From NCBI RefSeq assembly GCF_014280175.1, contig NZ_CP047931.1:450001-482000 (forward strand): a stretch of 32,000 bases of DNA, read 5' to 3'. Made by a program: the position numbers and the translations under genes. Below are positions 1-9,669 of this stretch, in pieces (the stretch's first letter is position 1; each line of letters starts with the position of its first letter). The DNA comes from Synechococcus sp. A15-28. GTDB lineage: Bacteria; Cyanobacteriota; Cyanobacteriia; PCC-6307; Cyanobiaceae. Under the pieces are notes generated by a model that saw nothing but the letters and a program-made list of their open reading frames with translations, made no database searches and was not told the origin of the DNA.

Positions 1-2
1 GC

Positions 3-953
3 TTGCTGGCGGCCGCCAGTGGTTGTCTGATCACCCACCCCAATGTGATGAACGGGGCGGCGCTGTACTGGCGCGACCCCCGCATCCACTACGTGGAGGG
101 ATACGGGCTCGATCGCTTTGCTGTTGGCGACTGGGACCTCCGGCCGGTGCGGCGCCAGCGGATCGGCCTGCTGCTGGATGCCGGCATCGAAGCGGAATTG
201 GCACAGCGACAGATTCAGGTGGCCGAAGCCTGCCGAGCCAGCCTTGGTCTGGAGATCGGTCCGGTGGTGACGACGGATCAACCCCTGGAGGTGCAGCTGG
301 AGCAGGGCAGCAGTGGTTCTAGCTGGGGGCATCTGGGCCGTCCCGATGCCCTGCTCAGGGCTGGCGAGCGGCTCAGAACTGCTGGGGCCTCGGCCATCGC
401 CGTGGTGGCCCGCTTCCCTGAAGACCCAGCCAGTGAAGAGCTGGCGGCCTACCGCGCCGGGAGCGGCGTTGATGCTTTGGCGGGCGCAGAGGCGGTGATC
501 AGCCATCTGCTGGTGCGGCACCTGCAGATCCCCTGTGCCCACGCTCCCGCCCTGGCTCCACTGCCCTTGGACCCACAGCTGGATCCCCGGGCGGCCGGCG
601 AGGAGTTGGGGTACACCTTCCTGGCCTGTGTGCTGGTGGGCCTCAGCCAGGCGCCGGATCTGCTGCCGGCCGGACAAGGTCCACTTCAGGCCGCTCAGTT
701 GGGGGCAGTGGTGGCGCCGGAGGGCGCCCTCGGCGGAGAAGCCGTTCTGTCCTGCCTCGAGCGTGAGGTGCCGTTGATCACCGTGGCCAACCCCTCGGTT
801 CTGGATGTGTCGGCTGAGGCCCTCGGTCTTGACCACGGCGTGCGGCAGGCGACCAGTTACGCCGAGGCCGCCGGCTGGCTGCTGGCGCTGCGGGAGGGAG
901 TCGCGGCTGGTTCCTTGCAGCGGCCCCTGCCCCCGCTGGAGCGATTGACCTGA
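3..953 (+). CDS. DUF3326-like conserved cyanobacterial protein, 5' end outside window (partial)
   Basis: Long ORF open at the window edge; protein HPNVMNGAALYW...YVEGYGLDRFAVG...ending PPLERLT resembles the DUF3326 family; stop overlaps the next gene start (TGATG). Confidence 0.75.
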   Translation: MLAAASGCLITHPNVMNGAALYWRDPRIHYVEGYGLDRFAVGDWDLRPVRRQRIGLLLDAGIEAELAQRQIQVAEACRASLGLEIGPVVTTDQPLEVQLEQGSSGSSWGHLGRPDALLRAGERLRTAGASAIAVVARFPEDPASEELAAYRAGSGVDALAGAEAVISHLLVRHLQIPCAHAPALAPLPLDPQLDPRAAGEELGYTFLACVLVGLSQAPDLLPAGQGPLQAAQLGAVVAPEGALGGEAVLSCLEREVPLITVANPSVLDVSAEALGLDHGVRQATSYAEAAGWLLALREGVAAGSLQRPLPPLERLT

Positions 954-1360
954 TGCCCGGAGGCTTCGCCCTGGATCCAGGCCCCTGCCCCTGTGGAGGT
1001 GGTGAGTACAGCCGCTGTTGCGGGCCGTTCCACCGTGGGGAGCGGCGGGCGGAGACCGCCGAACAGTTGATGCGTTCCCGTTATTCCGCCTTCGCCAAAA
1101 GGGAGGTGGACTACCTGCGTCGCACCCATGGCCAGCCGGCGCCGCGCCGCGCCCTGCTCCAGGCCTGCCGTCAGACGACGTGGCTGGGCCTGACGATCCA
1201 TGCCGTCGATGGGGGTGGTGGGGATGATCTGGAGGGAACCGTTCGCTTTGAGGCCCGGCACCAGCAGGGGGTGCTGGTGGAGACGTCGCTGTTTCAGCGC
1301 CGTGGTGGCTCTCTCGCTGGGGAGTGGCTTTACATCCGCGCCCTTGAGCTGAACGACTAA
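953..1360 (+). CDS. YchJ/UPF0225-like SEC-C motif protein
   Basis: CPCGGGEYSRCCGPFHRGE...AEQLMRSRYSAFAKREVDYLRRTH is the typical YchJ-family N-terminus; start overlaps upstream stop. Confidence 0.85.
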   Translation: MPGGFALDPGPCPCGGGEYSRCCGPFHRGERRAETAEQLMRSRYSAFAKREVDYLRRTHGQPAPRRALLQACRQTTWLGLTIHAVDGGGGDDLEGTVRFEARHQQGVLVETSLFQRRGGSLAGEWLYIRALELND

Positions 1361-2469
1361 CGCAGGCAGGCCATCGGATGCCGAGGCGGAACCCCAAGGG
1401 CCTTGGCGACCCCTGGATGGCAGACGGATCCCTGCACGGTGTTCAGGCCGGAGAGCAGTTCCGGCCGTTCAGTGACGGCTTCCTCGAGGCCTCTGCCCGC
1501 AATACCAAGGATGTACGGAAGCGTCACGCTCACCAGGGCCTCGGTGGAGGTGAAGGGCACGGCCCCGGGCATGTTGCCCACGGCGTAGTGCTGCACCCCA
1601 TGGATGCAGACGGTGGGGTCGGTGTGGGTGGTTTCGCGGCTGGTGGCGATACAGCCCCCCTGGTCAATGGCCACATCGACGATCACCGAACCGGCTCGCA
1701 TCTGCTGCACCATCCCCTCATCCACCAGGGTTGGAGCCCGGCCTCCCGGCGTGAGCACCGCGCCGATCACCAGATCCGCCGTGGGTACAAGCCGCTCCAG
1801 CAGGCCGCGGCTGCTCACCACGCTCATTAATCTCCCGCGCCGGTCGGCCTCCAGGCTGCGCAGGCGTTGGGGAGAGCGATCCAGCAGCAGCACTTCGGCA
1901 TCCATGGCAGCCGCCGTGCGGGCGGCATTCCAGCCCACGGTGCCGGCCCCCAACACGACCACTCGTGCCGGTTGCACCCCGGTGCAGCCCCCCATCAACA
2001 CCCCACGACCTCCGTGGGGTTTCTCCAGCAGGTGTGCCCCCACCTGGGCTGCCAGCCGCCCGGCGATTTCGCTCATCGGCGCCAGCAGAGGCAGGCTGCC
2101 GTTCTCGAGTTGCACGGTCTCGTAGGCGATGGATGCGGTGCCGGCGTTCAGCAGGGCCTCCCCCACCTCGGGATAAGCGGCCAGGTGCAGATAGGTGAAC
2201 AGCACCATGTCGTTGCGCAGGAAGCCGAATTCCTCCGCCTGCGGCTCCTTCACCTTCACCACCAGATGGGCGCCCCAGGCCTCCTCACGGCTCACCAGCT
2301 GGGCCCCAGCTGTGGCGAAGGCTTCATCGCCGATGCCCGCTCCCGCCCCGGCCCCGGCTTCCACACGGACCTCCAGGCCCTGGCTCACCAGTTCCCGCAC
2401 CGCATCCGGGGTGAGGGCCACCCGCTGCTCGTCGACCTTGATCTCCTTGGGCACGCCGATGCTGGCCAT
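1357..2469 (-). CDS. ald: Alanine dehydrogenase
   Basis: MASIGVPKEIKVDEQRVALTPDAVRELV...VVLGAGTVGWNAARTA...VHGVQHYAVGNMPGAVPFTSTEAL; the track ORF extends to 2520 but the family start is at the internal ATG (2469). Confidence 0.95.
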   Translation of the reverse strand: MASIGVPKEIKVDEQRVALTPDAVRELVSQGLEVRVEAGAGAGAGIGDEAFATAGAQLVSREEAWGAHLVVKVKEPQAEEFGFLRNDMVLFTYLHLAAYPEVGEALLNAGTASIAYETVQLENGSLPLLAPMSEIAGRLAAQVGAHLLEKPHGGRGVLMGGCTGVQPARVVVLGAGTVGWNAARTAAAMDAEVLLLDRSPQRLRSLEADRRGRLMSVVSSRGLLERLVPTADLVIGAVLTPGGRAPTLVDEGMVQQMRAGSVIVDVAIDQGGCIATSRETTHTDPTVCIHGVQHYAVGNMPGAVPFTSTEALVSVTLPYILGIAGRGLEEAVTERPELLSGLNTVQGSVCHPGVAKALGVPPRHPMACLR

Positions 2470-2554
2470 CGGGGCCGTCAGGACGGAGGCTGCCATGGGG
2501 GCGACTGGAGATCCCTTCAATCTGGCCCGATCCGCGCCGCTCCGCCAGCCGGCG

Positions 2555-4228
2555 TCAGCTGGCCGCGATCGGCAACCGCCAGCCGCTGCCGAAGGCCTGG
2601 GAACTGATCTTCAGCAGCGGTGCTGCCTGGCGGCGTTTGAATTCCGCCCGGCGCAGCAGTTGCTGCACCCGAGCCACCAGAGCGCTGTCATGGCCGGCGG
2701 CCACCAGGGTCTCCGCGGGGGTTCGCTCCTGGATCAGAGCCCGCAGCAATGGATCCAACTGTCCGTAGTCCGGCAGCGAATCGCTGTCCTTCTGATCCGG
2801 CCGCAGTTCGGCACTGGGCGGTTTGGTGCGAATCGCCGCTCCCACCACCTCACCCTCAGCCGGCAGCCCCAGGTCGCGTCGGCAGGAGGCTGCTTCTGGG
2901 CTGTCGATCCAGTCGCACAACCGGAAGACCGTCGTTTTGTAGAGGTCGCCGATAACGGCCAGTCCGCCGTTCATGTCTCCATAGAGGGTGCAGTACCCCA
3001 CCGCCAGTTCGGATTTGTTGCCGGTGGTCAGCAGCAGCTGCCCCTGCTGGTTGGCCACAGCCATCAGCAAGGTGCCGCGGATGCGCGATTGTAGGTTTTC
3101 GGCGGTGACACCCTCGGGTCCCTGCGTCAGGGCCGGCCGCAGACCGGCATCGAATCCCTCCATCAGGTCGCCGATCGGCAGGGTGTGGTGGGTGAGCTTC
3201 AGGCGCTGGGCCAGGGCCGTGGCGTCATCGATCGAGCCGGCGGAACTCCAGGGGGATGGCATCAACAGGGTGGAGATGTTCTCCGGCCCCAGCGCCGCCG
3301 CAGCGATCACGGCCACCAGGGCGGAATCGATGCCACCGCTCAAGCCCAAAAGCGCTTTCCCAAAGCCGCACTTGCGGGCGTAGTCCCGCACCCCCAGCAC
3401 CAGGGTCCGCAGCAGCAGTTCCTCATCCACCGGGGCTGTACCGGCTGAGATGGCTGGCGTTGCGCTGTCCCACATCTGCACAGCCTCCTGGCAGGGAGGC
3501 AGCTCCAGCAGGGCGTCGCCGTTGGAAGCGACCACGAAGCTGCTGCCATCGAACACCAGCTCGTCGTTGCCGCCGACCTGGTTGAGATACACCACCGGGC
3601 AGTTCAGGCGCCGGGCTGCCTGAGTCGCCAGCCGCCGGCGCAGCCCTGGTTTGCCGATCTCACAGGGGGAGGCCGCCAGGTTGATCAGCACATCGGGCTT
3701 CGCCTCCACCAGGGCCGCGATCGGGTCCGGTCCCGCCAGCCGCTCCCGTTGCAGCGCGTCCTCCACCCAGAGGTCTTCGCAGACGGTGAGCCCCAGCCGT
3801 TCACCCCCCGCCAGGGTCAGCAGGCAGGGGCCTTCGCCGGGGCGGAAGTAACGCCGTTCATCGAAGACGTCGTAACTGGGCAGCAGCTGCTTTCGGGCCA
3901 CACCGCGCCATCCCCGCTGGTCCACCAGGGCGATGCCGTTGTGAAGGCACGGGGCACGACCGTCCTCGCAGGGGAGGGCCACCCCCACCAGCAGGGGGCA
4001 ACGTCCATCGAGCTGGCTGACCAGCCAATCGAGCACGGTGTTCTGCAAGTCCAGCCGCGCTGGTTGCAGCAACAGATCACGGGGGGGATAGCCCCAGAGA
4101 GAAAGTTCCGGGGTCAGCAGCAGCGTTGCCCCCTCCGCGCTCGCGGTATGGGCGGCCGCCAGGATCCTCTCGGCGTTGCCCCGCAGGTCGCCCACCACAG
4201 GATTCAGCTGGGCCAGGGCCAGGCGCAT
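2555..4228 (-). CDS. nadE: Glutamine-dependent NAD+ synthetase (nitrilase-like amidase plus NAD synthase domains)
   Basis: Starts MRLALAQLNPVVGDLRGN; LLGLSGGIDSALVAVIAAAALG and STLLMPSPWSS; ATG at 4228 overlaps the nadD stop (TGATG). Confidence 0.93.
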   Translation of the reverse strand: MRLALAQLNPVVGDLRGNAERILAAAHTASAEGATLLLTPELSLWGYPPRDLLLQPARLDLQNTVLDWLVSQLDGRCPLLVGVALPCEDGRAPCLHNGIALVDQRGWRGVARKQLLPSYDVFDERRYFRPGEGPCLLTLAGGERLGLTVCEDLWVEDALQRERLAGPDPIAALVEAKPDVLINLAASPCEIGKPGLRRRLATQAARRLNCPVVYLNQVGGNDELVFDGSSFVVASNGDALLELPPCQEAVQMWDSATPAISAGTAPVDEELLLRTLVLGVRDYARKCGFGKALLGLSGGIDSALVAVIAAAALGPENISTLLMPSPWSSAGSIDDATALAQRLKLTHHTLPIGDLMEGFDAGLRPALTQGPEGVTAENLQSRIRGTLLMAVANQQGQLLLTTGNKSELAVGYCTLYGDMNGGLAVIGDLYKTTVFRLCDWIDSPEAASCRRDLGLPAEGEVVGAAIRTKPPSAELRPDQKDSDSLPDYGQLDPLLRALIQERTPAETLVAAGHDSALVARVQQLLRRAEFKRRQAAPLLKISSQAFGSGWRLPIAAS

Positions 4229-4803
4229 CAGCGGAGGCTGGGGGACAGTCCGTACAGATTGTGCTGCAGCAGCAGCATCCACACCGGCGCGGGGATCTGC
4301 TGTTGCTGCGGCGACCGTCGCAGGGCGGAGCTGGCGCTGGCGGGCACCTGTAGCTCGAGCAGGTCGATGCGGGCACCCAACTGCTTCAGATCCTCCAGGG
4401 CCTGCTCGCTGAGAGGCCAGCCCTGGCGCGGAGCGATCGCCAGCCGGCAGCGCTTCAACCACTGGGCGGACGACTTCCAGGTCGGGATCAGTGCCGCCAG
4501 GTCGCTGCCCACCACAAACACCAGCTCCGCCTCGGGCCAACGGTTGCTGGCCTGCTCGATCGTGCGGATGGTGAAGGGATGGCTGAGGGTCTGGTCCTGC
4601 TGCAGCCGCGGATCATTGATCTCTTCCACCAGGGCCTGCAGCAGCTGGGCTCGGAGTGCCAGGGGGGCACCGTGCTGTTTCTGGGGGTTGTCGCTGGCCC
4701 AGGTGGCCACGTGGGGATAGAGCCCGAGCAGGCCTTCCAGCAGGGCCTGGTGGCCGCAGGTGGGGGGGTCGGCGCTGGTGCCCAGCAAGGCGATCTGCTG
4801 CAT
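4228..4803 (-). CDS. nadD: Nicotinate-nucleotide adenylyltransferase-like protein
   Basis: MQQIALLGTSADPPTCGHQALLEGLL nucleotidyltransferase N-terminus; located directly upstream of nadE; start taken at the internal ATG at 4803. Confidence 0.82.
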   Translation of the reverse strand: MQQIALLGTSADPPTCGHQALLEGLLGLYPHVATWASDNPQKQHGAPLALRAQLLQALVEEINDPRLQQDQTLSHPFTIRTIEQASNRWPEAELVFVVGSDLAALIPTWKSSAQWLKRCRLAIAPRQGWPLSEQALEDLKQLGARIDLLELQVPASASSALRRSPQQQQIPAPVWMLLLQHNLYGLSPSLR

Positions 4804-4808
4804 GACGA

Positions 4809-6104
4809 TCAGGGCAGCAGCGGTTGCCAGTCGGGTTGGCGCCGCCCCTGCCAGCGCTGCATCCAATGGCGGACCACCGGATCCCGCTGTTCCAGCCGCT
4901 GCATCAGGGCGCCGGGCTGGCCCCCGCGTACCTGGAGAAGCTGGCGGGCCACCAGGGCCCCGGTGCGGCGGCTGGCGTGTACCGCCAGAGCGGCCTGGGC
5001 CACAGCGACGGGCGCGGCCGGCGCCAGGCTGGCCCCGCCACTCACCGGCACCAGCAGCAGCAACAGTTGCTTCAGCAGCCCCAGCCCCAGCTGCACGCCC
5101 CCCAGCAGGGCGTTCTGGCCGGAAAGTTGTTGGAGAAGTTGCCGCGTGGCGGATGGCGTGAGCGGCATGCCGTAGAGCTGGCAGAGCTGCAGCACCAAGC
5201 CGGTGTCGCAGGCCAGACCACCCGCCAGATCGAGGGCCATCAGCGGGTTCATCGCCACGGCGGTGGCTTTGGTGGCGGCATAGCGTCCGATCAGGCCCTG
5301 GGCGCTGCGGCGGTGCTGCTGCAGCCGCAGCTGCTGACGTTGCTGCTGGAAGCGATCGGCCTGGCGCAGGCTCTGCAGGGCCAGCACCAGTTCACCCTCC
5401 CGATCGAGCTGGTCGGTCAGCTGGTGTTTCAGGGGGCTGACCTGGACGGGGGCAGGGGCGCTCCGCACCCTGCCGTCGGCATCGAGCACCGGCCGGCGGG
5501 GGGCGGCCGCCACGGCGGTGAGGGGAAGATCCCTGGGCAGGCGTGAGCGGATGCTGGACAACAGTTGCGGCAGCTCGTGTTCGGGCCAGCGGTCGCTGCG
5601 GTTGAGCACCAGCCGCACGGGTTTGCCGCTGGCCTGGAGGGTCTCCAGGGCATCACGGTCGCAACGGGTCAGGTCGCTGTCGATCACCAGCAGCACGAGA
5701 TCCACCCCCATGGCCACCCGGGTCGCCAGGCGGGTGCGGCCGGCGGCATCGATCTCATCGATGCCGGGGGTGTCGATCAGCTCCACCCGCTGCAGACCGT
5801 TCAGCCGCAAGGGCCAGGCCACGGCCTGCTGGCGGCGGGTACTGCCGTGGGCCACATCGGTCTCCAGCAGGCGCTGGCCCACCAGGGCATTGATCAGGCT
5901 CGACTTGCCGACCCCCACCCGACCGAAGACGGCAATCCGGATCACCTTCTGGTCGAGCCGCTGCAGCTGACGGTCCAGCAGGGTCAGTTCCCCGCGCAGC
6001 AAGCCCTGTTCCCGGCGGTTGAGCTGCAGCTCCCGCCGCCAGCTCTGCAGCAGCTGCCGGCAGCGTTCGGTGGTGGCAGGGGGTGACGGAGCCATGGCCT
6101 TCAT
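4809..6104 (-). CDS. Dynamin/Era-like GTPase with C-terminal hydrophobic DUF697-like domain
   Basis: P-loop VFGRVGVGKSSLINAL, ELIDTPGIDEID, LVLNRSDRW; C-terminal hydrophobic region; ATG at 6104 overlaps the upstream gene stop (ATGA). Confidence 0.85.
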   Translation of the reverse strand: MKAMAPSPPATTERCRQLLQSWRRELQLNRREQGLLRGELTLLDRQLQRLDQKVIRIAVFGRVGVGKSSLINALVGQRLLETDVAHGSTRRQQAVAWPLRLNGLQRVELIDTPGIDEIDAAGRTRLATRVAMGVDLVLLVIDSDLTRCDRDALETLQASGKPVRLVLNRSDRWPEHELPQLLSSIRSRLPRDLPLTAVAAAPRRPVLDADGRVRSAPAPVQVSPLKHQLTDQLDREGELVLALQSLRQADRFQQQRQQLRLQQHRRSAQGLIGRYAATKATAVAMNPLMALDLAGGLACDTGLVLQLCQLYGMPLTPSATRQLLQQLSGQNALLGGVQLGLGLLKQLLLLLVPVSGGASLAPAAPVAVAQAALAVHASRRTGALVARQLLQVRGGQPGALMQRLEQRDPVVRHWMQRWQGRRQPDWQPLLP

Positions 6105-7099
6105 GCTGCCGGCTTGCGCCACCAGCCCGCTAGCACCGCCAGCACGGCTTCCGCGCCGATCACGCCGACGAAGCCGCCGAATTCGTCCACCACCACCCGC
6201 ACGCCGCTGCTGTCGCGCCGGAAGCCTGTGAGCAGGCGATCGGCCCGGATCATTTCCGGCACGTAGTCCACTGGCTCGCACAGATCCACCGGTGTCAGCA
6301 GCCCCCGGTTCTCCAGCAGCGCCGTCAGCAGCCGTTCGCGGTTGGCCACCCCCAGCACCTTGTCCACCTGGTCCCCCAGCACCACCCACCAGGGGGCGTT
6401 GTTGCCGAGCAGCAGCGACCGCTGGGCCTCGAGGCTGAGGCTTCCATCCAGGGTTGGGGCGGACACCCGCGGTGTCATCAGATCCCTGGCGGTGAGGTCG
6501 TTCAGCTGGAACACCTTGCCGATCATCGCGGCCTCATCCGCTTCGATTTCCCCTTTCTGGGACCCCAGCCGAGCCAGCAGTCGGATCTCCTCTTCGTTGG
6601 TGGTGATCTCCGATTCGGCTGTGATCGCTGGCAGCAGCCGTTCCAGCAGCAACACCAATGGACTGAGCAGCAGTCCCAGCCAATGCAGCAGCGGTGCAGC
6701 GGCCAGGGAGACGGGCAGGGCCAGGCGGCTGCCGAGGGCTTTGGGCAGGATCTCCCCCAGCAACATCACCAGCACGGTGAGCCCGATGGAAAACAGCGGC
6801 AGGGCTACTCCACCGATGCCCCGCTGCTCGAACAACCAGGCGGCGTAGCCCCCCAGCATCAGGCTGCCGAAGATGTTGAAGCCGTTGTTGGCGATCACCA
6901 GCACCGACAGAGTGCGGCCCAGCCGCTGGCGCAGTTTCGCCAGCCGGCGGGAGCCGGCCACCGGACGGCTGCGGGCCGCCAGTTCATGCACCCGGATCGG
7001 GTTCACTGTGAGCAGGGCCGCTTCCACTCCGGAGCACAGGGCCGACCCCAGCAGCACCACCAGCACCAACAGCAGCAGCACCAGCAGGTCGGATCGCAT
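6101..7099 (-). CDS. CNNM/HlyC-CorC family membrane protein with CBS region
   Basis: N-terminal TM segments, LTVNPIRVHELAARSR..., VLVIANNGFNIFGS, LGEILPKALGSR, DLMTPRVSAPTL. Confidence 0.88.
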   Translation of the reverse strand: MRSDLLVLLLLVLVVLLGSALCSGVEAALLTVNPIRVHELAARSRPVAGSRRLAKLRQRLGRTLSVLVIANNGFNIFGSLMLGGYAAWLFEQRGIGGVALPLFSIGLTVLVMLLGEILPKALGSRLALPVSLAAAPLLHWLGLLLSPLVLLLERLLPAITAESEITTNEEEIRLLARLGSQKGEIEADEAAMIGKVFQLNDLTARDLMTPRVSAPTLDGSLSLEAQRSLLLGNNAPWWVVLGDQVDKVLGVANRERLLTALLENRGLLTPVDLCEPVDYVPEMIRADRLLTGFRRDSSGVRVVVDEFGGFVGVIGAEAVLAVLAGWWRKPAA

Positions 7100-7186
7100 C
7101 TGAGTCCGGCGTGAACGCCATCGTATCGACGCTTCCCGGTTGTACCAGCCGAGCTGCCATCCTGATCAGCTGAGCCTCACTCCGGC

Positions 7187-8515
7187 GTGCACGACTTCGA
7201 CCCCAGCATCCACGCCAGCCGGCGGCAGCGCTTCCTCGATCAGCTCGGTGCGGCCGCTGCCGTGATCCCGGCGGCGCCACTGGCCACCCACCACGCGGAC
7301 TGCGAGTGGCCGTTCCGCCAGGACAGCGATTTCTTCTACCTCACCGGTTTCGATGAACCGGATGCGGTGGCCCTGCTGCTGCCCCATCGACCGGAAGGCG
7401 AGCGCTTTGTTTTGTTCGTCCACCCCAAGGATCCGGCGGCGGAGGTGTGGACAGGCTTCCGCTGGGGGACCGAAGGGGCTGTCGAGCGCTACGGGGCCGA
7501 CATCGCTCTGCCACTGGATCAGCTCAGTGCCCGGTTGCCGGAGTTTCTCGATGGGGCTGAAGCCATTGCCTTTCGGGTGGGCCGTCATCCGGCGGTGGAG
7601 CCTCTGGTGCTCTCGGCCTGGGGCAGACAGCTGGACAGTTATGCCCGCTCCGGTATTGCAGCCCTCGGTCTGGTGGCGCCGACGCCGATCCTGCATCGCC
7701 TGCGACTGCGCAAGGAGCCCCATGAACTGGAGCGGATGCGGGAGGCCTGCCGCATCTCCGCTGAAGCCCACGAACGGGCCCGCGCGATGACCCGACCGGG
7801 GATGCATGAAGCGGAGGTGCAGGCTGCGATTGAGGCCCATTTCCGTGCCGCCGGCGCCCGCGGACCTGCCTACGGTTCGATCGTGGCCGGTGGGGACAAT
7901 GCCTGCGTTCTCCACTACACCGCCAACACCGCGGTTTTGCAGGACGGTGATCTGCTGCTGATCGATGCCGGATGCTCGATCGCCGACTACTACAACGGCG
8001 ACATCACCCGTACCTTCCCGATCAATGGGCGCTTCAGCGCCGAGCAGCGCGACCTCTACAGCCTGGTGCTGAAGTCTCAGGAGGCGGCCATCGCCGTTGT
8101 TGAGCCGGGCGGAACTGCGGAACACGTCCATGCCACGGCCTTGCGGGTGCTGGTGGAAGGTCTGGTGGAGCTGGGCCTGCTGATCGGAGATGTGGACGGA
8201 ATCATTCAGCGGGGTGATTACCGCCATCTCTACATGCACCGCACCGGCCACTGGCTGGGGCTGGATGTGCACGATGTGGGGGCCTATCGCCTCGGGGAAC
8301 AGCCCGCTGAGCTGGAGGCCGGCATGGTGCTCACCGTGGAGCCTGGTCTTTATGTCAGTGACCGCCTGACCGTTCCGGAAGGCCAGCCGGAGATCGAGGA
8401 GCGCTGGAAGGGCATCGGCATCCGGATCGAGGACGACGTAGCCGTCACCGGCGCTGGCCATGAGGTGCTCACGGCCGCGGCGCAGAAGAGCCTTGCTGCC
8501 ATGGAGCGGGCCTAG
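7187..8515 (+). CDS. pepP: Xaa-Pro aminopeptidase (M24B family)
   Basis: NCVLHYTANTAVLQDGDLLLIDAGC, YNGDITRTFPINGRF, HRTGHWLGLDVHDVG, GMVLTVEPGLYV, GIGIRIEDDV metal-binding motifs. Confidence 0.93.
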   Translation: MHDFDPSIHASRRQRFLDQLGAAAAVIPAAPLATHHADCEWPFRQDSDFFYLTGFDEPDAVALLLPHRPEGERFVLFVHPKDPAAEVWTGFRWGTEGAVERYGADIALPLDQLSARLPEFLDGAEAIAFRVGRHPAVEPLVLSAWGRQLDSYARSGIAALGLVAPTPILHRLRLRKEPHELERMREACRISAEAHERARAMTRPGMHEAEVQAAIEAHFRAAGARGPAYGSIVAGGDNACVLHYTANTAVLQDGDLLLIDAGCSIADYYNGDITRTFPINGRFSAEQRDLYSLVLKSQEAAIAVVEPGGTAEHVHATALRVLVEGLVELGLLIGDVDGIIQRGDYRHLYMHRTGHWLGLDVHDVGAYRLGEQPAELEAGMVLTVEPGLYVSDRLTVPEGQPEIEERWKGIGIRIEDDVAVTGAGHEVLTAAAQKSLAAMERA

Positions 8516-9669
8516 GCCACCTGCAGCAGGATCCAGAACAGAAAGATCACCAGCTTCATCAGGCCTTCGATGCCGGTGAGGCGGGCGTGGGGATAGCTGA
8601 GGATCAAGGTGAGGGCCAGCAGCACCATCTCGAAGGGTTCCAGCCCCAGGATCACGTCCGTGTTGGTGATCACCCCCAGCACCAGCACCGCCGGCACCGT
8701 GAGGCTCACCGTGGCCACCACGGAGCCGTAGAGGGTGTTGATCGAGCGCTGCACTTCCCCCTGGGAGGCGGCCTGTACGGCATTGAGTGCCTCTGGCGCC
8801 AGGATCAGGATCGCCACCAGCACACCGGCCAGGGAACTGGGCAGTCCCAGATCGGTGATGCCGGTTTCAATCAGCTGGCCCATCGATTCGGCGATCAGGC
8901 ACACCACCAGCAGACCCACCACGAGAAGCGTGGCTGCCTTCCACAACGTCAGACCCTGCTCATCGGCCTCCTGGTCCCCATCGTCGTGGATCACGAGGCT
9001 TTCGCGCTCGGTGTAAAGGTTGCTGTAGCGCCCCATCTGGGCCGTGAGGAACACGGCGTAGACCCCCAGGGCCACCACCGACAACACCACATTCACCGGT
9101 GTGCTGAAGTTCGCTTCGGTGGTGGTGCGGCTGAAATTGGGAATCACCAGGGCCAGCACGCACATCGTGCTGATCAGATCGAAATAGGTGAGGGCGCCCA
9201 GCAGGTTGGGACCCACCATCAAGCTGGTGTCGACTTTGCCGTTGTCGCAGAGGGCCCCGCGGCGGACGGCGGCCACCACGTTGCAAAGACCCGTGACTCC
9301 GGTGAGGGCGATCATCACCACGGAGAACATGGAATCCCGGGCCAGGGTCGGGTTGCTTTCGCCGGTGAGCATCGTGCTGGCGACCAACGCCAGTTCGATG
9401 GTCATCACAGCCGCCGTCAGCACCAGAGTTCCGTAAGGCTGTCCGATCAGTTCGGCCACCCGATCGGCCTGATTCGCCACGCTGCGGGACAGCAGCAGCA
9501 CCACGCTGCTGAGCATGATCAGCCCGCTGATCACGATCGCCGTGGGTTGCAGGATCAACCAGCCCATGACGTCGCTGAACTCGATCGAGGCCAGGGCGGC
9601 AAGGCCCACCAGGATCGGCAGCAGCAGCGAGATCAAGCCCCCGGTGCGTTGCGCGGCTGCATCGGTCAT
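8512..9669 (-). CDS. cax: Ca2+/H+ antiporter (CAX family)
   Basis: Multi-TM protein with VALTGVTGLCNVVAAVRRG, LILAPEALNAVQAASQGEVQRSINTLYGSVVATVSLTVPAVL. Confidence 0.85.
   Translation of the reverse strand: MTDAAAQRTGGLISLLLPILVGLAALASIEFSDVMGWLILQPTAIVISGLIMLSSVVLLLSRSVANQADRVAELIGQPYGTLVLTAAVMTIELALVASTMLTGESNPTLARDSMFSVVMIALTGVTGLCNVVAAVRRGALCDNGKVDTSLMVGPNLLGALTYFDLISTMCVLALVIPNFSRTTTEANFSTPVNVVLSVVALGVYAVFLTAQMGRYSNLYTERESLVIHDDGDQEADEQGLTLWKAATLLVVGLLVVCLIAESMGQLIETGITDLGLPSSLAGVLVAILILAPEALNAVQAASQGEVQRSINTLYGSVVATVSLTVPAVLVLGVITNTDVILGLEPFEMVLLALTLILSYPHARLTGIEGLMKLVIFLFWILLQVA

Noticed and set aside
2195-4720. Plus-strand ORFs (2195..3094, 3749..4720) opposite ald/nadE/nadD
   Set aside because: Antisense shadow ORFs; the minus-strand genes have clear conserved motifs.
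7166-8461. 431-aa minus-strand ORF opposite pepP
   Set aside because: Antisense to an intact aminopeptidase with all metal-ligand motifs; no independent evidence.
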